Shown: positions 38,752 through 48,649 of the stretch, in pieces | How positions within the stretch are numbered: the stretch's first letter is position 1 | Layout: the number at the start of each line of letters is the position of its first letter | Origin: an uncultured delta proteobacterium | GTDB taxonomy: Bacteria; Desulfobacterota; Binatia; Binatales; Binataceae | Direction of reading: 5' to 3' | DNA: 64,000 nucleotides | NCBI GenBank assembly: GCA_963765675.1 | Contig: CAVXXK010000007.1 | Coordinates: 1 to 64,000, forward strand | Notes under the pieces: generated by a model | Told to the model about the DNA's origin: nothing | The model's input: the letters and a program-made list of their open reading frames with translations, nothing else | The model's database searches: none | Translations under genes and position numbers: made by a program

Positions 38752-40056
38752 TCATCGTGAGAGGGTTGCCGGGACGAAGGCTGCTTCCGACAGGTTGCCG
38801 GTGTTGATTTCCTGCTGGAACGGCTGATGCGCGGGGACGAGCGAACGGAAAAATGAGCCGCCGCCCGTCGGTACATAAAAGCTGCCCGCCAGATCGAACA
38901 GGTTGCCGCCTTCGCGTCCGGGTTTCATCCGCCACAGTGGAATCGCGGACGCGGTCTCGACGCCGTCCTTGTAGAACTGGGCGGCGAGCCATACATATAC
39001 TTCGCTGTCGATATATATAATCGTACTGAGAGTCTGATTGCCGAACTTCGGGTGCGCTTCGAGTATATAAGCGTGCCGCAACTCGAATGGTTCCTGACTA
39101 AGTGAGTATCCGTCGCCTGAAGTAGTAATTCCCGCCGGTTCGGAGATCGCTGAAAGGCATGCGAGGATCGTCGTGGTGCCGAGTAAGCGGTATTGGTAAT
39201 CCTCGGTCTTCGGGAGAGCGTACGCCCAGTAAGGCTGATGGCAATTGCGGCATCCGGGACCGGGAGCGCCGGCGCCGACCGCGATTCTCCGCACCCGGCG
39301 CGACATCTCATCGAAGTTGAAGAAGGCGTCGTCGGTGGCGGGGTCGAGGTAGCGCACCCAGATTCCCTTGCCTTCGCCGTTCTCGGCGCCTAGCGCGGTG
39401 ACGGACCAATCGTCGCAACGCGCTTTCCATTCGACCCCCATCGGATTTGCGCCGAGGGTAGGGCGCGGATCGACTTCGGTGCGATGCGCAAAACGCAGAA
39501 AAGTAAAATGATCGCATTGATAGTCGCCGTCGCTCTTGGCGATGATCTTCGCCGGATTCGCGGGGTCGGCGCTGTAGCCGTTGCTGCTCCACGGCGCGAG
39601 CGCGAAGTCGTCGGGCATGACCGGGCCCATATGCCAGTTGTAGGCAATCTTGATCGCGGCCTTGGGGTCGGCGAGATCGATCAGCGGAAACGGCATCCCG
39701 GCGATGTAGTTGGTCAGATGATCATTGGCGTCCAGGCCGGCCTGCGGAGAATATTTTTCGGTCGCGTTCTGGTACCCGGCCGACCACTGGAGCCTGCGCG
39801 ACGGCGTGACCTCGATCTTGAAACCGTGCGCGAGCGCGAATATCGCAGCCTGCGGCAGTATCTGCGTGAACTGACTCGCGTTGGCGCCGGTAATGATCGT
39901 GCCCGGCTTGAGCGCGGAGCTCTCGGGCGCCGCGGTTGCGATCGGATGAGCCGGCAGCGGCGTCGCGACTGGAGGCTGCGCGCGTGTGGTGGTGCTCATC
40001 GCGAGAATGCAGAAGAGCGCCGCGAACAGAAAGCGAGCCAGTGCGCGATGATTCAT
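38752..40056 (-). CDS. Exported DUF1329-family protein containing a CxxCH motif
   Basis: Signal peptide; ATEKYS, NYIAGMPFP.ID..DP.AA.KIAYN, RRVRR, IYIDSE. Confidence 0.7.
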   Translation of the reverse strand: MNHRALARFLFAALFCILAMSTTTRAQPPVATPLPAHPIATAAPESSALKPGTIITGANASQFTQILPQAAIFALAHGFKIEVTPSRRLQWSAGYQNATEKYSPQAGLDANDHLTNYIAGMPFPLIDLADPKAAIKIAYNWHMGPVMPDDFALAPWSSNGYSADPANPAKIIAKSDGDYQCDHFTFLRFAHRTEVDPRPTLGANPMGVEWKARCDDWSVTALGAENGEGKGIWVRYLDPATDDAFFNFDEMSRRVRRIAVGAGAPGPGCRNCHQPYWAYALPKTEDYQYRLLGTTTILACLSAISEPAGITTSGDGYSLSQEPFELRHAYILEAHPKFGNQTLSTIIYIDSEVYVWLAAQFYKDGVETASAIPLWRMKPGREGGNLFDLAGSFYVPTGGGSFFRSLVPAHQPFQQEINTGNLSEAAFVPATLSR

Positions 40057-40069
40057 CGCGGATCCGAAA

Positions 40070-41021
40070 TCACTTGTGCGCCATCGAGGCCATCTGCGCG
40101 AACAGTGGGGTGATTTCGGCGGCGGCGCTGCCGGGTGAGAACTCGCGATAGAGCGTGGCGACGTTGACGACGATCCGCTCGGCGTCGGTCCACGAAGCGT
40201 AGGCGTCGAGCGCGATATCGCGCGCGGCTTCGGCCGCGGGCATCCCGGCGTCGAAGCGTTTGCGTGCCTCACGATTGATATACTCCAGGTATCCTTTCAG
40301 CGCGGCGACTCCCGCCTTGTCGGTGATCGGTCCGTGGCCGGGGACGATAGTTTCCACGTCGAGTGCGAGCATCGTATCGCACGCGGCGATCCAGTTTGCG
40401 ACCGGGCCGGCCCAGATGATCGGATGGCCGCCGATGAACAGGATATCGCCGGTGAAAATCGTGCGGTCGGCGGGAACGTGGACCAGCACGTCGCCGCGCG
40501 TGTGCGCGGGTCCGACCTGGATGAGGCGCACGCGCTTGGCGCCGACGGTGACTTCGAGCTCGCCCTCGAAGGTGCGGGTCGGGAAGCGCGCCGCGAATCC
40601 CCTCGAATTGGAACGGCCCGAAGATTTTGAGGATGTACTCGCCGACCGGTCCCATCGAGGGCGCCGCTTTCATCATCGCGGCCAGCCGTCCGGGAGGCTC
40701 GCTGCGCATTTCCTCGGCGCAGGCTTTCGACGCGATAATTTCCGCGCCCTCGACCAGCTCGTTGCCGTTGCAATGGTCGCCGTTCGAATGCGAGTTGACG
40801 AGCTTGCGGATCGGCGCGCGCGAGGTCGCGGGGCGCATCGCGTCGAGCATCTCGCGCGTGAGCGGCAGGTCGAACAGCGTATCGACCAGCATCGACTCGC
40901 CGCCGTCGGTGATTAGCCCGGCATTGCTCCATCCCCAGGAGCCGTCGGGCTGCAGGTACGCGAACGCGCCGTTGCCGATATCGTGGAGACCCTTGGTGTA
41001 CGCCCATTTACCATGCGCCAT
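40070..41021 (-). CDS. MBL-fold metallo-hydrolase (cyclase-like); frameshift at ~40582
   Basis: SHSNGDHCNGN in one frame; AHTRGD, FTGDILF, VPGHG in the other. Confidence 0.85.
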
Positions 41022-41491
41022 GGATAAATCCTCTCGCGTGCGGGTTCAGGTGGACGAACGATACGACGATCGGGCGGCCGAGGTCGAGCGCATGAGGGCG
41101 TGCGCGGAGCGCGAATCAAACGATGTCTCGACGGTGGGTTCGTTCAGGCTGTTTTCTGATCTCGAGATCGGAAAACTCTTTGATTCTGTTGAGGAGTGCT
41201 ATTGAAAAGTGCCAGTTCGTTTTCCTGCCGGGCAGCCGCGAAAATTCGCGGCGTGATCGGGGCAGGGTGATCCGAAACGTCGAAGGACGGGAGTTAGGTG
41301 ATGCGGGTTTTTTGTCCATGCGATCAATTCTGCGCAAAGCGCGAAAAATAACAAGGCTGAACAGTTCAGCCATGAACAAATCTGGCAAAAAACCTAACGC
41401 TCGTTAGGCTGGGAGTTTTCTGGTCCCTTTCCCTTCAGGGCGAGGGATCAGATGGCGGGCGGCACCGCGATTTATCCGCGCACATACAGGT

Positions 41492-41530
41492 GACGCTTCG
41501 CGTCGGCCGACGAGCCGTCGGCCACCACTG
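41492..41530 (-). repeat. REP-like unit (GTGG + GGCCGACG-N3-CGTCGGCC hairpin), copy 1
   Basis: Reverse complement matches 43001-43039 with 2 mismatches. Confidence 0.8.
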
Positions 41531-41547
41531 GCGGAAATAGGACGAAC

Positions 41548-41589
41548 AAAAAAAGAGCCGCGGTCGATTCGGATCGGCCGCGGCTCTTT
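41548..41589 (-). terminator. Rho-independent terminator of the acyl-CoA dehydrogenase gene
   Basis: AAAGAGCCGCGG...CCGCGGCTCTTT stem with a 7-U tail on the minus strand. Confidence 0.85.
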
Positions 41590-41607
41590 GCATTCAGAAT
41601 TGCGCGA

Positions 41608-42735
41608 TCAGCCGAGCAGCGTGCGCGCTACGGTCTCGCGATGCACCGGGCCGTTGCCGAGGTTCGCTTCGCCGGCGAGGGCGCGGCGATGGAACAGATG
41701 CATGTCGTGCTCCCAGGTGAAGCCGATTCCGCCGTGAACCTGGATCGCTTCGCTGGTCACGTTCTTGGCCATGTCGGAGGCGTACGCCTTCGCCATCGGG
41801 ACGGCGGTCTTCTGCTCGTCGTTGTTGGTGTCAACGGTCCAGCATGCGTAGTACACAAGTGAACGCGCATTCTCGACTGCGACCATCATATCGACGCACT
41901 TGTGCTTGACCGCCTGGAACGAGCCGATTGGCTTGCCGAACTGCACGCGGGTCTTGGCGTACTCGACCGACATGTCGAGCGCGCGCTGCGCCGTGCCGAC
42001 CATCTCGGTCGCGAGGCCGGCGGTCGCGATGTTGAGCACGCGGCGCAGGATCGGCCATCCTTCGTCGACCTTGCCCAGAATTCCATCGGCCTTGACGTTG
42101 TCGAACTTCACATGGCACAGGCGCCGGGTCATATCGACGGTCTTTAGCTGCGTGATCGTGACGCCCTTGGTGCCGGCGGGGACGCGGAAAATCGTGATGC
42201 CTTTTTCGCCGCTGCCGCTGGTGCGCGCCGCGACCGCGATACCGTCCGCGACGTGGGCGTCGGGCACGAAGAATTTTTCACCGTTAAGGATATAGTCCGA
42301 GCCGCTCTTGGTCGCCTTCATCTGGACGCCTTCGGCGTCGAAGCGGCCCGAGGCCTCTGCCAGCGCGAGGGTCGCGATAAACTCGCCTTTGGCCATCCGC
42401 GGCAGAACCTGTTTCTTCTCGGCCTCGGGGAGCCCTTCCATCGCGAGGGGCACGCCAATCAGCGCGGCGGTGAAGAATGGTCCGGGAAGGAGCGCCTTGC
42501 CGGCTTCTTCGACCACGACCGTCATGTCGAGAAAGGTTCCGCCCTGGCCGCCGTACTCTTCCGGGATGAGCAGCCCGGGCCATCCGAGCTCGACGATCTT
42601 CTTCCAGAAGGCCTTATCGTGGGCGGTAGGGTCGGCCATCATCTGGCGGACAAATTTGGTCGGGCAATTGTCGGCCAGAAAGCGCTTGGCCGCGTCCCGC
42701 AACATCTCCTGTTCTTCAGAAAACCCGAAGTCCAA
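41608..42735 (-). CDS. Acyl-CoA dehydrogenase
   Basis: DFGFSEEQ, IPEEYGG, RVQFGKPIGSFQAVKH, IQVHGGIGFTWEH; TTG start with GGAGG RBS. Confidence 0.93.
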   Translation of the reverse strand: MDFGFSEEQEMLRDAAKRFLADNCPTKFVRQMMADPTAHDKAFWKKIVELGWPGLLIPEEYGGQGGTFLDMTVVVEEAGKALLPGPFFTAALIGVPLAMEGLPEAEKKQVLPRMAKGEFIATLALAEASGRFDAEGVQMKATKSGSDYILNGEKFFVPDAHVADGIAVAARTSGSGEKGITIFRVPAGTKGVTITQLKTVDMTRRLCHVKFDNVKADGILGKVDEGWPILRRVLNIATAGLATEMVGTAQRALDMSVEYAKTRVQFGKPIGSFQAVKHKCVDMMVAVENARSLVYYACWTVDTNNDEQKTAVPMAKAYASDMAKNVTSEAIQVHGGIGFTWEHDMHLFHRRALAGEANLGNGPVHRETVARTLLG

Positions 42736-42906
42736 CTTGGCATTCCTCCGTGATAGGGGCTTGGATGGGAATCCGGCGTTGCCGCTCGAACCCACGTTTC
42801 AGGTAGCATTAAGTGTTTTGCACGTGCAAGCGGCTGGATGCAGCGGATCGGCGTTCGGCTCGCGGCTTCCAGAAATAGAAAACGGCAGATAGAAAACAAG
42901 GATCGA

Positions 42907-42944
42907 CCTAACCCCTGACCCCTTCCCGCACGGGAAGGGGAACC
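42907..42944 (+). repeat. Palindromic repeat CCTAACCCCTGACCCCTTCCC-N4-GGGAAGGGG; degenerate inverted copy at 41422-41451
   Basis: Hairpin CCCCTTCCC/GGGAAGGGG in intergenic DNA. Confidence 0.65.
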
Positions 42945-43000
42945 TTGGATCTGGGCGGGCGCGCTCGAACTGGTATGGCGCGATGCGCGCCGGGTTCTTT

Positions 43001-43039
43001 CAGTGGTGGCCGACGGCTCGTCGGCCTACGCGGAGCGTC
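43001..43039 (+). repeat. REP-like unit, copy 2
   Basis: CAGTGGTGGCCGACGGCTCGTCGGCCTACGCGGAGCGTC. Confidence 0.8.
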
Positions 43040-43068
43040 GTGTTGCAGGGCCAGGATGCAGAGCAGCA

Positions 43069-43145
43069 CCCTCACCCACGCGTCACGATGGTTGCGAAAA
43101 AAGCGCAAGCATCGCGCCGCGTCGCCCTCTCCCGGGCGGAGAGGG
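43069..43145 (+). repeat. Third copy of the CCCTCACCC...CCCTCTCCC-GGAGAGGG unit
   Basis: Aligns with the reverse complement of 38472-38550, including the CGCGTCACG hairpin arm. Confidence 0.75.
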
Positions 43146-43224
43146 TATTTTCTATCTGCGCTTGATCGGCGAAGCGTGGGGCGCGCAGAATTGGAATCTG
43201 CGCGGGGGCGTGGAGGAAATTAAA

Positions 43225-44007
43225 GTGGAACATAAAGATTTAGTGCGGGAGGAATTTACCCGGCAGGCCGACGATTACGCGGCGGCGCCGATGATCCGTG
43301 ACGCCGAGCATATCGCGATGCTGATTCGCACGGTCGATCCCGCGCCAAATGCGCGCGTGCTCGAGGTCGCCACCGGGCCGGGACATGTCGCGCTTGCGTT
43401 TGCGAAAGTCTGCCGCGAAGTGGTCGGCGTCGATCTGACCGTGGCGCCGCTCAATATCGCGCGGCGGATGCGCGATGAGCGCGAAATCACCAATGCGCGG
43501 TTCGAGCTCGCCGACGCCGACCGGCTGCCATTCGGCGATGGCGAGTTCGACGTTGTCGTGTGCCGCTTCGCGGTGCATCACTTCGATCAGCCGGAAAAGG
43601 TAATTGGCGAGATGGCGCGGGTGTGCCGCGACGGCGGGACCGTCGCGATCGAGGATCTTATTTCGAGCGAGGATCCAGCGCGCGCGGCGTACTACAACGA
43701 GTTCGAGCGGCTGCGCGACACCTCGCATACGCGGGCGTTGCCGCTGAGCGAGATGGCGCAGATCCTCGGGCGCGCGCACTGCGAGATCGCGCGCTTTACT
43801 TCGCACGGTATGCGCAATCCGGTCCAGGCGTGGCTGCGCTCGGCGAAGACCCCGCCCGAGCGCGCGGCGCGCACGCTTGCGATGATCGAGCGCGACGTGG
43901 CCGAGGACTTAAGCGGCGCGCGATCGGTCAAGATCAAGGGCGAGCTGTTTTTCACGCATCGGATTGCGATCGTGGTGACGCGCAAGCTTGCGAGGCGCAA
44001 GAACTAG
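43225..44007 (+). CDS. Class I SAM-dependent methyltransferase (UbiE-like)
   Basis: VLEVATGPG, LPFGDGEFDVV, RDTSH; GTG start with GGAGG RBS. Confidence 0.9.
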   Translation: MEHKDLVREEFTRQADDYAAAPMIRDAEHIAMLIRTVDPAPNARVLEVATGPGHVALAFAKVCREVVGVDLTVAPLNIARRMRDEREITNARFELADADRLPFGDGEFDVVVCRFAVHHFDQPEKVIGEMARVCRDGGTVAIEDLISSEDPARAAYYNEFERLRDTSHTRALPLSEMAQILGRAHCEIARFTSHGMRNPVQAWLRSAKTPPERAARTLAMIERDVAEDLSGARSVKIKGELFFTHRIAIVVTRKLARRKN

Positions 44008-45188
44008 CCGTCGCGTTTGGGCGAGACGAGCGCGAGCACGCCGGAATACTGAAGCGCGGCGGCGGTATCGCCCGCGGATCCGACTTCGAAACCGGTGAAG
44101 AAGCCAGCCAGCGGAAACTCGCCCAGGTATTGGCGGATATAGGCCGGGTCGTGGCCCGCGAGATTGTAGAGCCCCACGCCGCGCGACACGCAATCGAAGT
44201 ACAATCCGAATGCCGGCGGTGCAGATGAGGCCGCGCGCAAATCTTCAAGCATCGCTTTAAGGTCGGCGCGCGCGCGTTCGGCGTCGCGCAGCACGATCGC
44301 GACCAGGTCTCCCACCTTCGGGTTGTGCGCGACCGCGAACACGCCGTGCTCTTCGCTGGCGCCGATAATGTTGCGGACCAGGTAACTGCCGCGGCTGAAA
44401 TCGGCGCGCGCGGGATCGTGCGGAATCGCCAGGAACACGAAAGCGAGCGCGCGGCGCAAATCTTTGGCGAGCGGGCCGGCGGCGGCGGCGAAAACTTCGT
44501 ACGCGGGACGATCATCAAGCGTCAGGATGATATTGTCGCGCACTCCGGTCACGCGATGCGGCGGTCCGATCGGAGTGCAGGCGACGGAGCTCGTGATCGT
44601 CAGATCGAAGTCGCCGGACAGCAGCATCCCGGAGACGGCGTTGTTGCTGACCGTGTCGCCGCAGAACTGAAACGTCTCTCCGGCCGAGCCGTCTTCGCTG
44701 GCGCCGCCGCCCGCGATCGCGACGCCGGGAAGCTCGCGCGCGAGTGCGGGCAACAGTGCATCGGGATTGGCGTTGTACGAATCCGGAAAAATCAGGAGCA
44801 GATTTGACGCGCCGAGATTGGGGCGAACCGCGCTTGCGATTTCGGCGGCGACCTCGGCGTCGCGTCCGCGCAATTGCGGGACGAAGAAGCGATGCGCCGA
44901 AAGATCGGCGCCGCCGAAGACCATCACGGCCAGCGCGTGTCCCTTTTCGATTTCATTCTCGCACGCGATGATCCCGACACTCGAGCATCCCGCGACTTCA
45001 TCGGTCTTCGCGGCCGCGGCGACCGCGCGCAGGATCATCGTATAGGCGGCCCCGTAGGCCGTGGTTGCGAACACCAGCGCGCCCGCCGCCCGCGACAAGC
45101 CGGCGGCGGCGAGAGCCTCCGCGGTCGCTTCAGCGGCGGCGATCTTTGGATTGGGCGCGACCGAATGGCCGACTCCAGCACGCAGCAT
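44004..45188 (-). CDS. FIST signal-transduction domain protein
   Basis: Starts MLRAGVGHS; GCSSVG, AGGGAS, YFDCVSRG, LAGFFTGFEVG. Confidence 0.85.
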   Translation of the reverse strand: MLRAGVGHSVAPNPKIAAAEATAEALAAAGLSRAAGALVFATTAYGAAYTMILRAVAAAAKTDEVAGCSSVGIIACENEIEKGHALAVMVFGGADLSAHRFFVPQLRGRDAEVAAEIASAVRPNLGASNLLLIFPDSYNANPDALLPALARELPGVAIAGGGASEDGSAGETFQFCGDTVSNNAVSGMLLSGDFDLTITSSVACTPIGPPHRVTGVRDNIILTLDDRPAYEVFAAAAGPLAKDLRRALAFVFLAIPHDPARADFSRGSYLVRNIIGASEEHGVFAVAHNPKVGDLVAIVLRDAERARADLKAMLEDLRAASSAPPAFGLYFDCVSRGVGLYNLAGHDPAYIRQYLGEFPLAGFFTGFEVGSAGDTAAALQYSGVLALVSPKRDG

Positions 45189-45202
45189 CGCAACCCTCCT
45201 GA

Positions 45203-46675
45203 TCAGCGCCCGCCAAACAGCTCGAGCAGCTCGACCATCCGCTTGATTCCGGCGCCGAGCTCCTTGACGCTGATGCGCTCGTTGACTCCGTGGACGCCGT
45301 GGGCTTCGTCGGCGGTCACGCTGATCGGCATGAAGCCGTAGGCGATGAGATGTTTCTGGCGGAAATAGTGGCTGTCGGTAAAGCCGGAGGTCATCGTGGG
45401 CACCACCTGCGCCTTGCCGTCGCGGTGTGCGAGACCCTCGATCGCGGTCATCAACTCGGATCTCTGCGGCGAGGAGACCGGCGGGAAATTCAGGATCACG
45501 TCGATGTGGATGTCCTTGTCGTCGATCACTTTTTCGATCGTGCGCAGGAATTTTTTCGGGTCGGTTCCGGGCAGCAGGCGGCAATCGATCTCGCAGTAGG
45601 CATTTTCCGAGATGACGTTGGTCTTGGCGCTCGCCGAAAGCACGGTCGGCGTGATCGTATCGCGCACGGAGGCGTTCTGGCGCGGCACCGAGACGAACTC
45701 GCGCGCGAACGCGGGTTCCTTGAGCGCGGTCGCGAGATCGAGCCATTGGCGCGGCCCGTGCGTGATCTCGGACATCGTATGGTAGTAATTCTCGACCGGG
45801 CCAATGATCCGGATGGGCGCGTGATACTCGTCCAGACGTGCGAGCGCGCGCACCAGCCTGGTGACCGCGGTTTCCGGCGGCGGGACCGCGGCGTGTCCCG
45901 CCGGCCCGGTCGCGGTGACGCGCAGCCACAGCGGAGTCTTCTCGGTCACGGATACGTTGTAGAGTTGCTTGCCGCCCGGCAGGTCCATGATCCCGCCGCC
46001 TTCGTTGAGCACGTAGCCCGCGTCCGCATAGACGCTCGGCTGATGATCGACGAACCATCCCGCGCCCGCTTTGCCGCCTTCTTCTTCGTCGCCGGTCGCG
46101 ACCAGGATCACGTCGCGGTCGAGCAGGATTCCCGCGCGCTTGATCGCGAGCATCGCCATCATCTCGACCACGCCCGAGCCCTTGTCGTCGATCGCGCCGC
46201 GGCCCCAGATGACGCCGTCCTTGACCTCGCCGGAAAAGGGCGGGACCTGCCAGTCCTTGGCGTCGGCGGGAACCACGTCCATGTGGCAGAGCAGGATGAT
46301 CGCCTTCTGATGCTTGCCGATGCCGTGCAGGCGGGCGGCTACGATTCCGCGGCCGGGTGCGGACTCCCAGGTGGTCGCGGGAATACCGTCGGAGAGAAAT
46401 TTCTCCTTCAGCAGCATCGCGGCCGGAAGTTCGTTGCCCGGAGGATTTGTGGTGTTGATCTGGATGTACTTGGAGAGAAAGGCGGTCGCCTCCTGGGTGA
46501 GTTTGTCGTAGTCGATGGGCTGAGGCGGAGCCGCCTTGGTCAGGACCGCGTCGCGCGTGAGAGGGGGAGACTTCGCGGGCTGAGCGAACGCGGCGGCAGA
46601 TGAAGAAAGAATCGCGACGGCGATCGCGGCGGTGAACCAGGAACCTCGCGAGGCGGACTGACAAGGGTTTTTCAT
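45203..46675 (-). CDS. Exported M20/M25/M40 family metallo-hydrolase
   Basis: HMDVVP, GRGAIDDKG, DEE, GFTDS, HGVNE; signal peptide. Confidence 0.92.
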   Translation of the reverse strand: MKNPCQSASRGSWFTAAIAVAILSSSAAAFAQPAKSPPLTRDAVLTKAAPPQPIDYDKLTQEATAFLSKYIQINTTNPPGNELPAAMLLKEKFLSDGIPATTWESAPGRGIVAARLHGIGKHQKAIILLCHMDVVPADAKDWQVPPFSGEVKDGVIWGRGAIDDKGSGVVEMMAMLAIKRAGILLDRDVILVATGDEEEGGKAGAGWFVDHQPSVYADAGYVLNEGGGIMDLPGGKQLYNVSVTEKTPLWLRVTATGPAGHAAVPPPETAVTRLVRALARLDEYHAPIRIIGPVENYYHTMSEITHGPRQWLDLATALKEPAFAREFVSVPRQNASVRDTITPTVLSASAKTNVISENAYCEIDCRLLPGTDPKKFLRTIEKVIDDKDIHIDVILNFPPVSSPQRSELMTAIEGLAHRDGKAQVVPTMTSGFTDSHYFRQKHLIAYGFMPISVTADEAHGVHGVNERISVKELGAGIKRMVELLELFGGR

Positions 46676-46755
46676 AGGTGCGCTCGCCGTAGAAGTATTC
46701 CGATTTCCGCGGGATCGTCAAACCTGCGCGACGATTGTCACCCATCGAGACTCGA

Positions 46756-46961
46756 CTGCTTTCGCGACTGGCGAGATTCCTCGCGGCCTTTGTCCAGCTC
46801 GACGTTACGCGCACGACGCACCGCGGGTTGCTTGACCGCGCTCGGAATGACACAAAAACGCACGAGTTGTCATTCCGAGCGCGATCGATCGCCAGTCTCG
46901 CGTCGTGCATACCGTCTCGCAATGCGCGCAGCGCGAGGAATCTCGCCAGTCGCGAAAGCAG
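46756..46961. repeat. Nested inverted repeat (REPIN-like) with GTCATTCCGAGCG...GAATCT units
   Basis: Perfect 30-bp outer IR (46756-46785/46932-46961) and perfect 16-bp inner IR (46837-46852/46868-46883). Confidence 0.9.
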
Positions 46962-47024
46962 CTCATCAGAGAGGAGCTGTGTGAAGCAGCGCATCTGAAT
47001 CGATGTGATGCTAGAACCAGAGCG

Positions 47025-47714
47025 ATGAAGCGGCCTCCATCAAGGGCTCGTGCTCCTATTACTGCGCGGACGATTGGCGCGATCCTGCGGGTGCTGCGGC
47101 GCGAGGCGCCGGCGTGGAATGCGCCGATCGTCTCGTTCATCAGCATCCAGACTCGCGACCCGTTCAAGACGCTGATTAGCTGCATCCTGAGTTTGCGGAC
47201 CAAGGATCAGACTACCGCGGTCGCGTCGCAGCGCCTGTTCGATCGCGCGGCGACGCCCGCGGCGATCGCGGCGATCCCCGAGCGTACGCTCGAGCGGCTG
47301 ATTTTTCCGGTCGGGTTCTATCGCACCAAGGCGAAGGCGATCCGCGGAATCTGCCGCGACCTGATCGACAAACACGGCGGGCGCGTGCCCGACGAAATCG
47401 ACGCGCTGCTGACGCTGAAGGGCGTGGGGCGCAAGACTGCGAATCTCGTGGTGACCGAGGCGTACCGCAAGCCGGGCATCTGCGTCGATACGCATGTGCA
47501 TCGCATTTCGAACCGGTGGGGACTGGTCAAAACGCACACACCCGAGAAAACCGAGATGGCGCTGCGCGAGATTCTGCCGCGCCGTCTCTGGCTCGAATAC
47601 AACGGAATCCTGGTCGCGTTCGGCCAGACGATCTGCCATCCGACGTCGCCGCGATGCACCCAGTGTCCGATCGCGAGCGCGTGCCCGAGAATCGGCGTGA
47701 TCCATTCGCGCTAG
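47025..47714 (+). CDS. nth: Endonuclease III
   Basis: HhH LKGVGRKTANLV, VDTHVHR, 4Fe-4S motif CHPTSPRCTQCPIASAC. Confidence 0.93.
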   Translation: MKRPPSRARAPITARTIGAILRVLRREAPAWNAPIVSFISIQTRDPFKTLISCILSLRTKDQTTAVASQRLFDRAATPAAIAAIPERTLERLIFPVGFYRTKAKAIRGICRDLIDKHGGRVPDEIDALLTLKGVGRKTANLVVTEAYRKPGICVDTHVHRISNRWGLVKTHTPEKTEMALREILPRRLWLEYNGILVAFGQTICHPTSPRCTQCPIASACPRIGVIHSR

Positions 47715-47758
47715 CCGGCGCCGTTATCAGATCATCGCTTGCGTGGTAGGCTTCGCGC

Positions 47759-48649
47759 ATGAGTCTTGAAATTGGATTTATCGGCCTCGGATCGATGGGC
47801 TTTCCGATCGCGGCGAATCTTGCCGCCGCGGGATTTCCGCTCACGGTCTGGAATCGCACCGCGTCCAAGGCGCAGCCGCTCGCTGAAAAAGGTGCGCGAA
47901 TCGCCGCGAGTCCGCGAGAGGTCGCGCACGCCGGCGGAATTGTCATCACGATGGTGGCCGACGACGCCGCGCTCGAGAGCCTGGTCGTGGGCGAGGCAGC
48001 GATAGCGAGACAAATCGCGCCGGGCGGAATCCATCTGTCGATGAGCACCGTCGCTCCGGCGACGATCCGCAAGCTTGCCGAAGCTCATCGCGAAGCCGGA
48101 AGCGTCCTGCTCGCGTCTCCGGTGTTCGGGCGTCCGGATGCTGCGGCAGCCCGGAAGATGTTCGTCTGTATTTCCGGCGACGCCGCGGCGAAGCAGAAGG
48201 TCAGGCCGATCCTCGACGCGATCGGGCAGGGCGTGTTCGATTTCGGGGAGACGCCCGAGTCGGCGAGCGTCGCGAAAATCTCCGGCAACTTTTTGATCGC
48301 CGCCGCGATGGAGGCGATGGGCGAGGCATTCGCGATGGCCGAGAAGTCGGGGCTCGATCGCGCCGCCGTCGCCACGATGCTCACGCGGACGCTGTTCGCA
48401 TGCCCCGTCTATCAGGGTTATGGCGCGGCGATCGCGGCGCGCAGGCATTCACCGGCCGGGTTTCGCCTTCCGCTCGGACTTAAGGACGTCGAGCTGGTGC
48501 TGCGAACCGCGCGCGAGGTGAATGCCCCGATGCCGACCGCGAGCCTGCTGCGCGATCGCTTTGTTCACGCGCTCGCGATGGGCCGCGCCGATCTCGACTG
48601 GTCGGCGATCGGGCTGGGCGCGCGGGAGGACGCGGGCCTCAAGGACTGA
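47759..48649 (+). CDS. NAD(P)-dependent oxidoreductase, 3-hydroxyisobutyrate/6PGD family
   Basis: IGFIGLGSMG, SPVFGRP, KISGN, LGLKD. Confidence 0.92.
   Translation: MSLEIGFIGLGSMGFPIAANLAAAGFPLTVWNRTASKAQPLAEKGARIAASPREVAHAGGIVITMVADDAALESLVVGEAAIARQIAPGGIHLSMSTVAPATIRKLAEAHREAGSVLLASPVFGRPDAAAARKMFVCISGDAAAKQKVRPILDAIGQGVFDFGETPESASVAKISGNFLIAAAMEAMGEAFAMAEKSGLDRAAVATMLTRTLFACPVYQGYGAAIAARRHSPAGFRLPLGLKDVELVLRTAREVNAPMPTASLLRDRFVHALAMGRADLDWSAIGLGAREDAGLKD

Noticed and set aside
38752-40272. 506-aa version of the DUF1329 ORF
   Set aside because: The extension overlaps the MBL gene; the signal peptide starts at 40056.
38471-46961. CRISPR array or integron attC sites
   Set aside because: The repeats are scattered, inverted and irregularly spaced; no cas or intI gene.
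44004-46994. 996-aa ORF as one protein
   Set aside because: Only the last 395 codons are FIST-like; the rest is an off-frame overlap of the M20 gene and the repeat.
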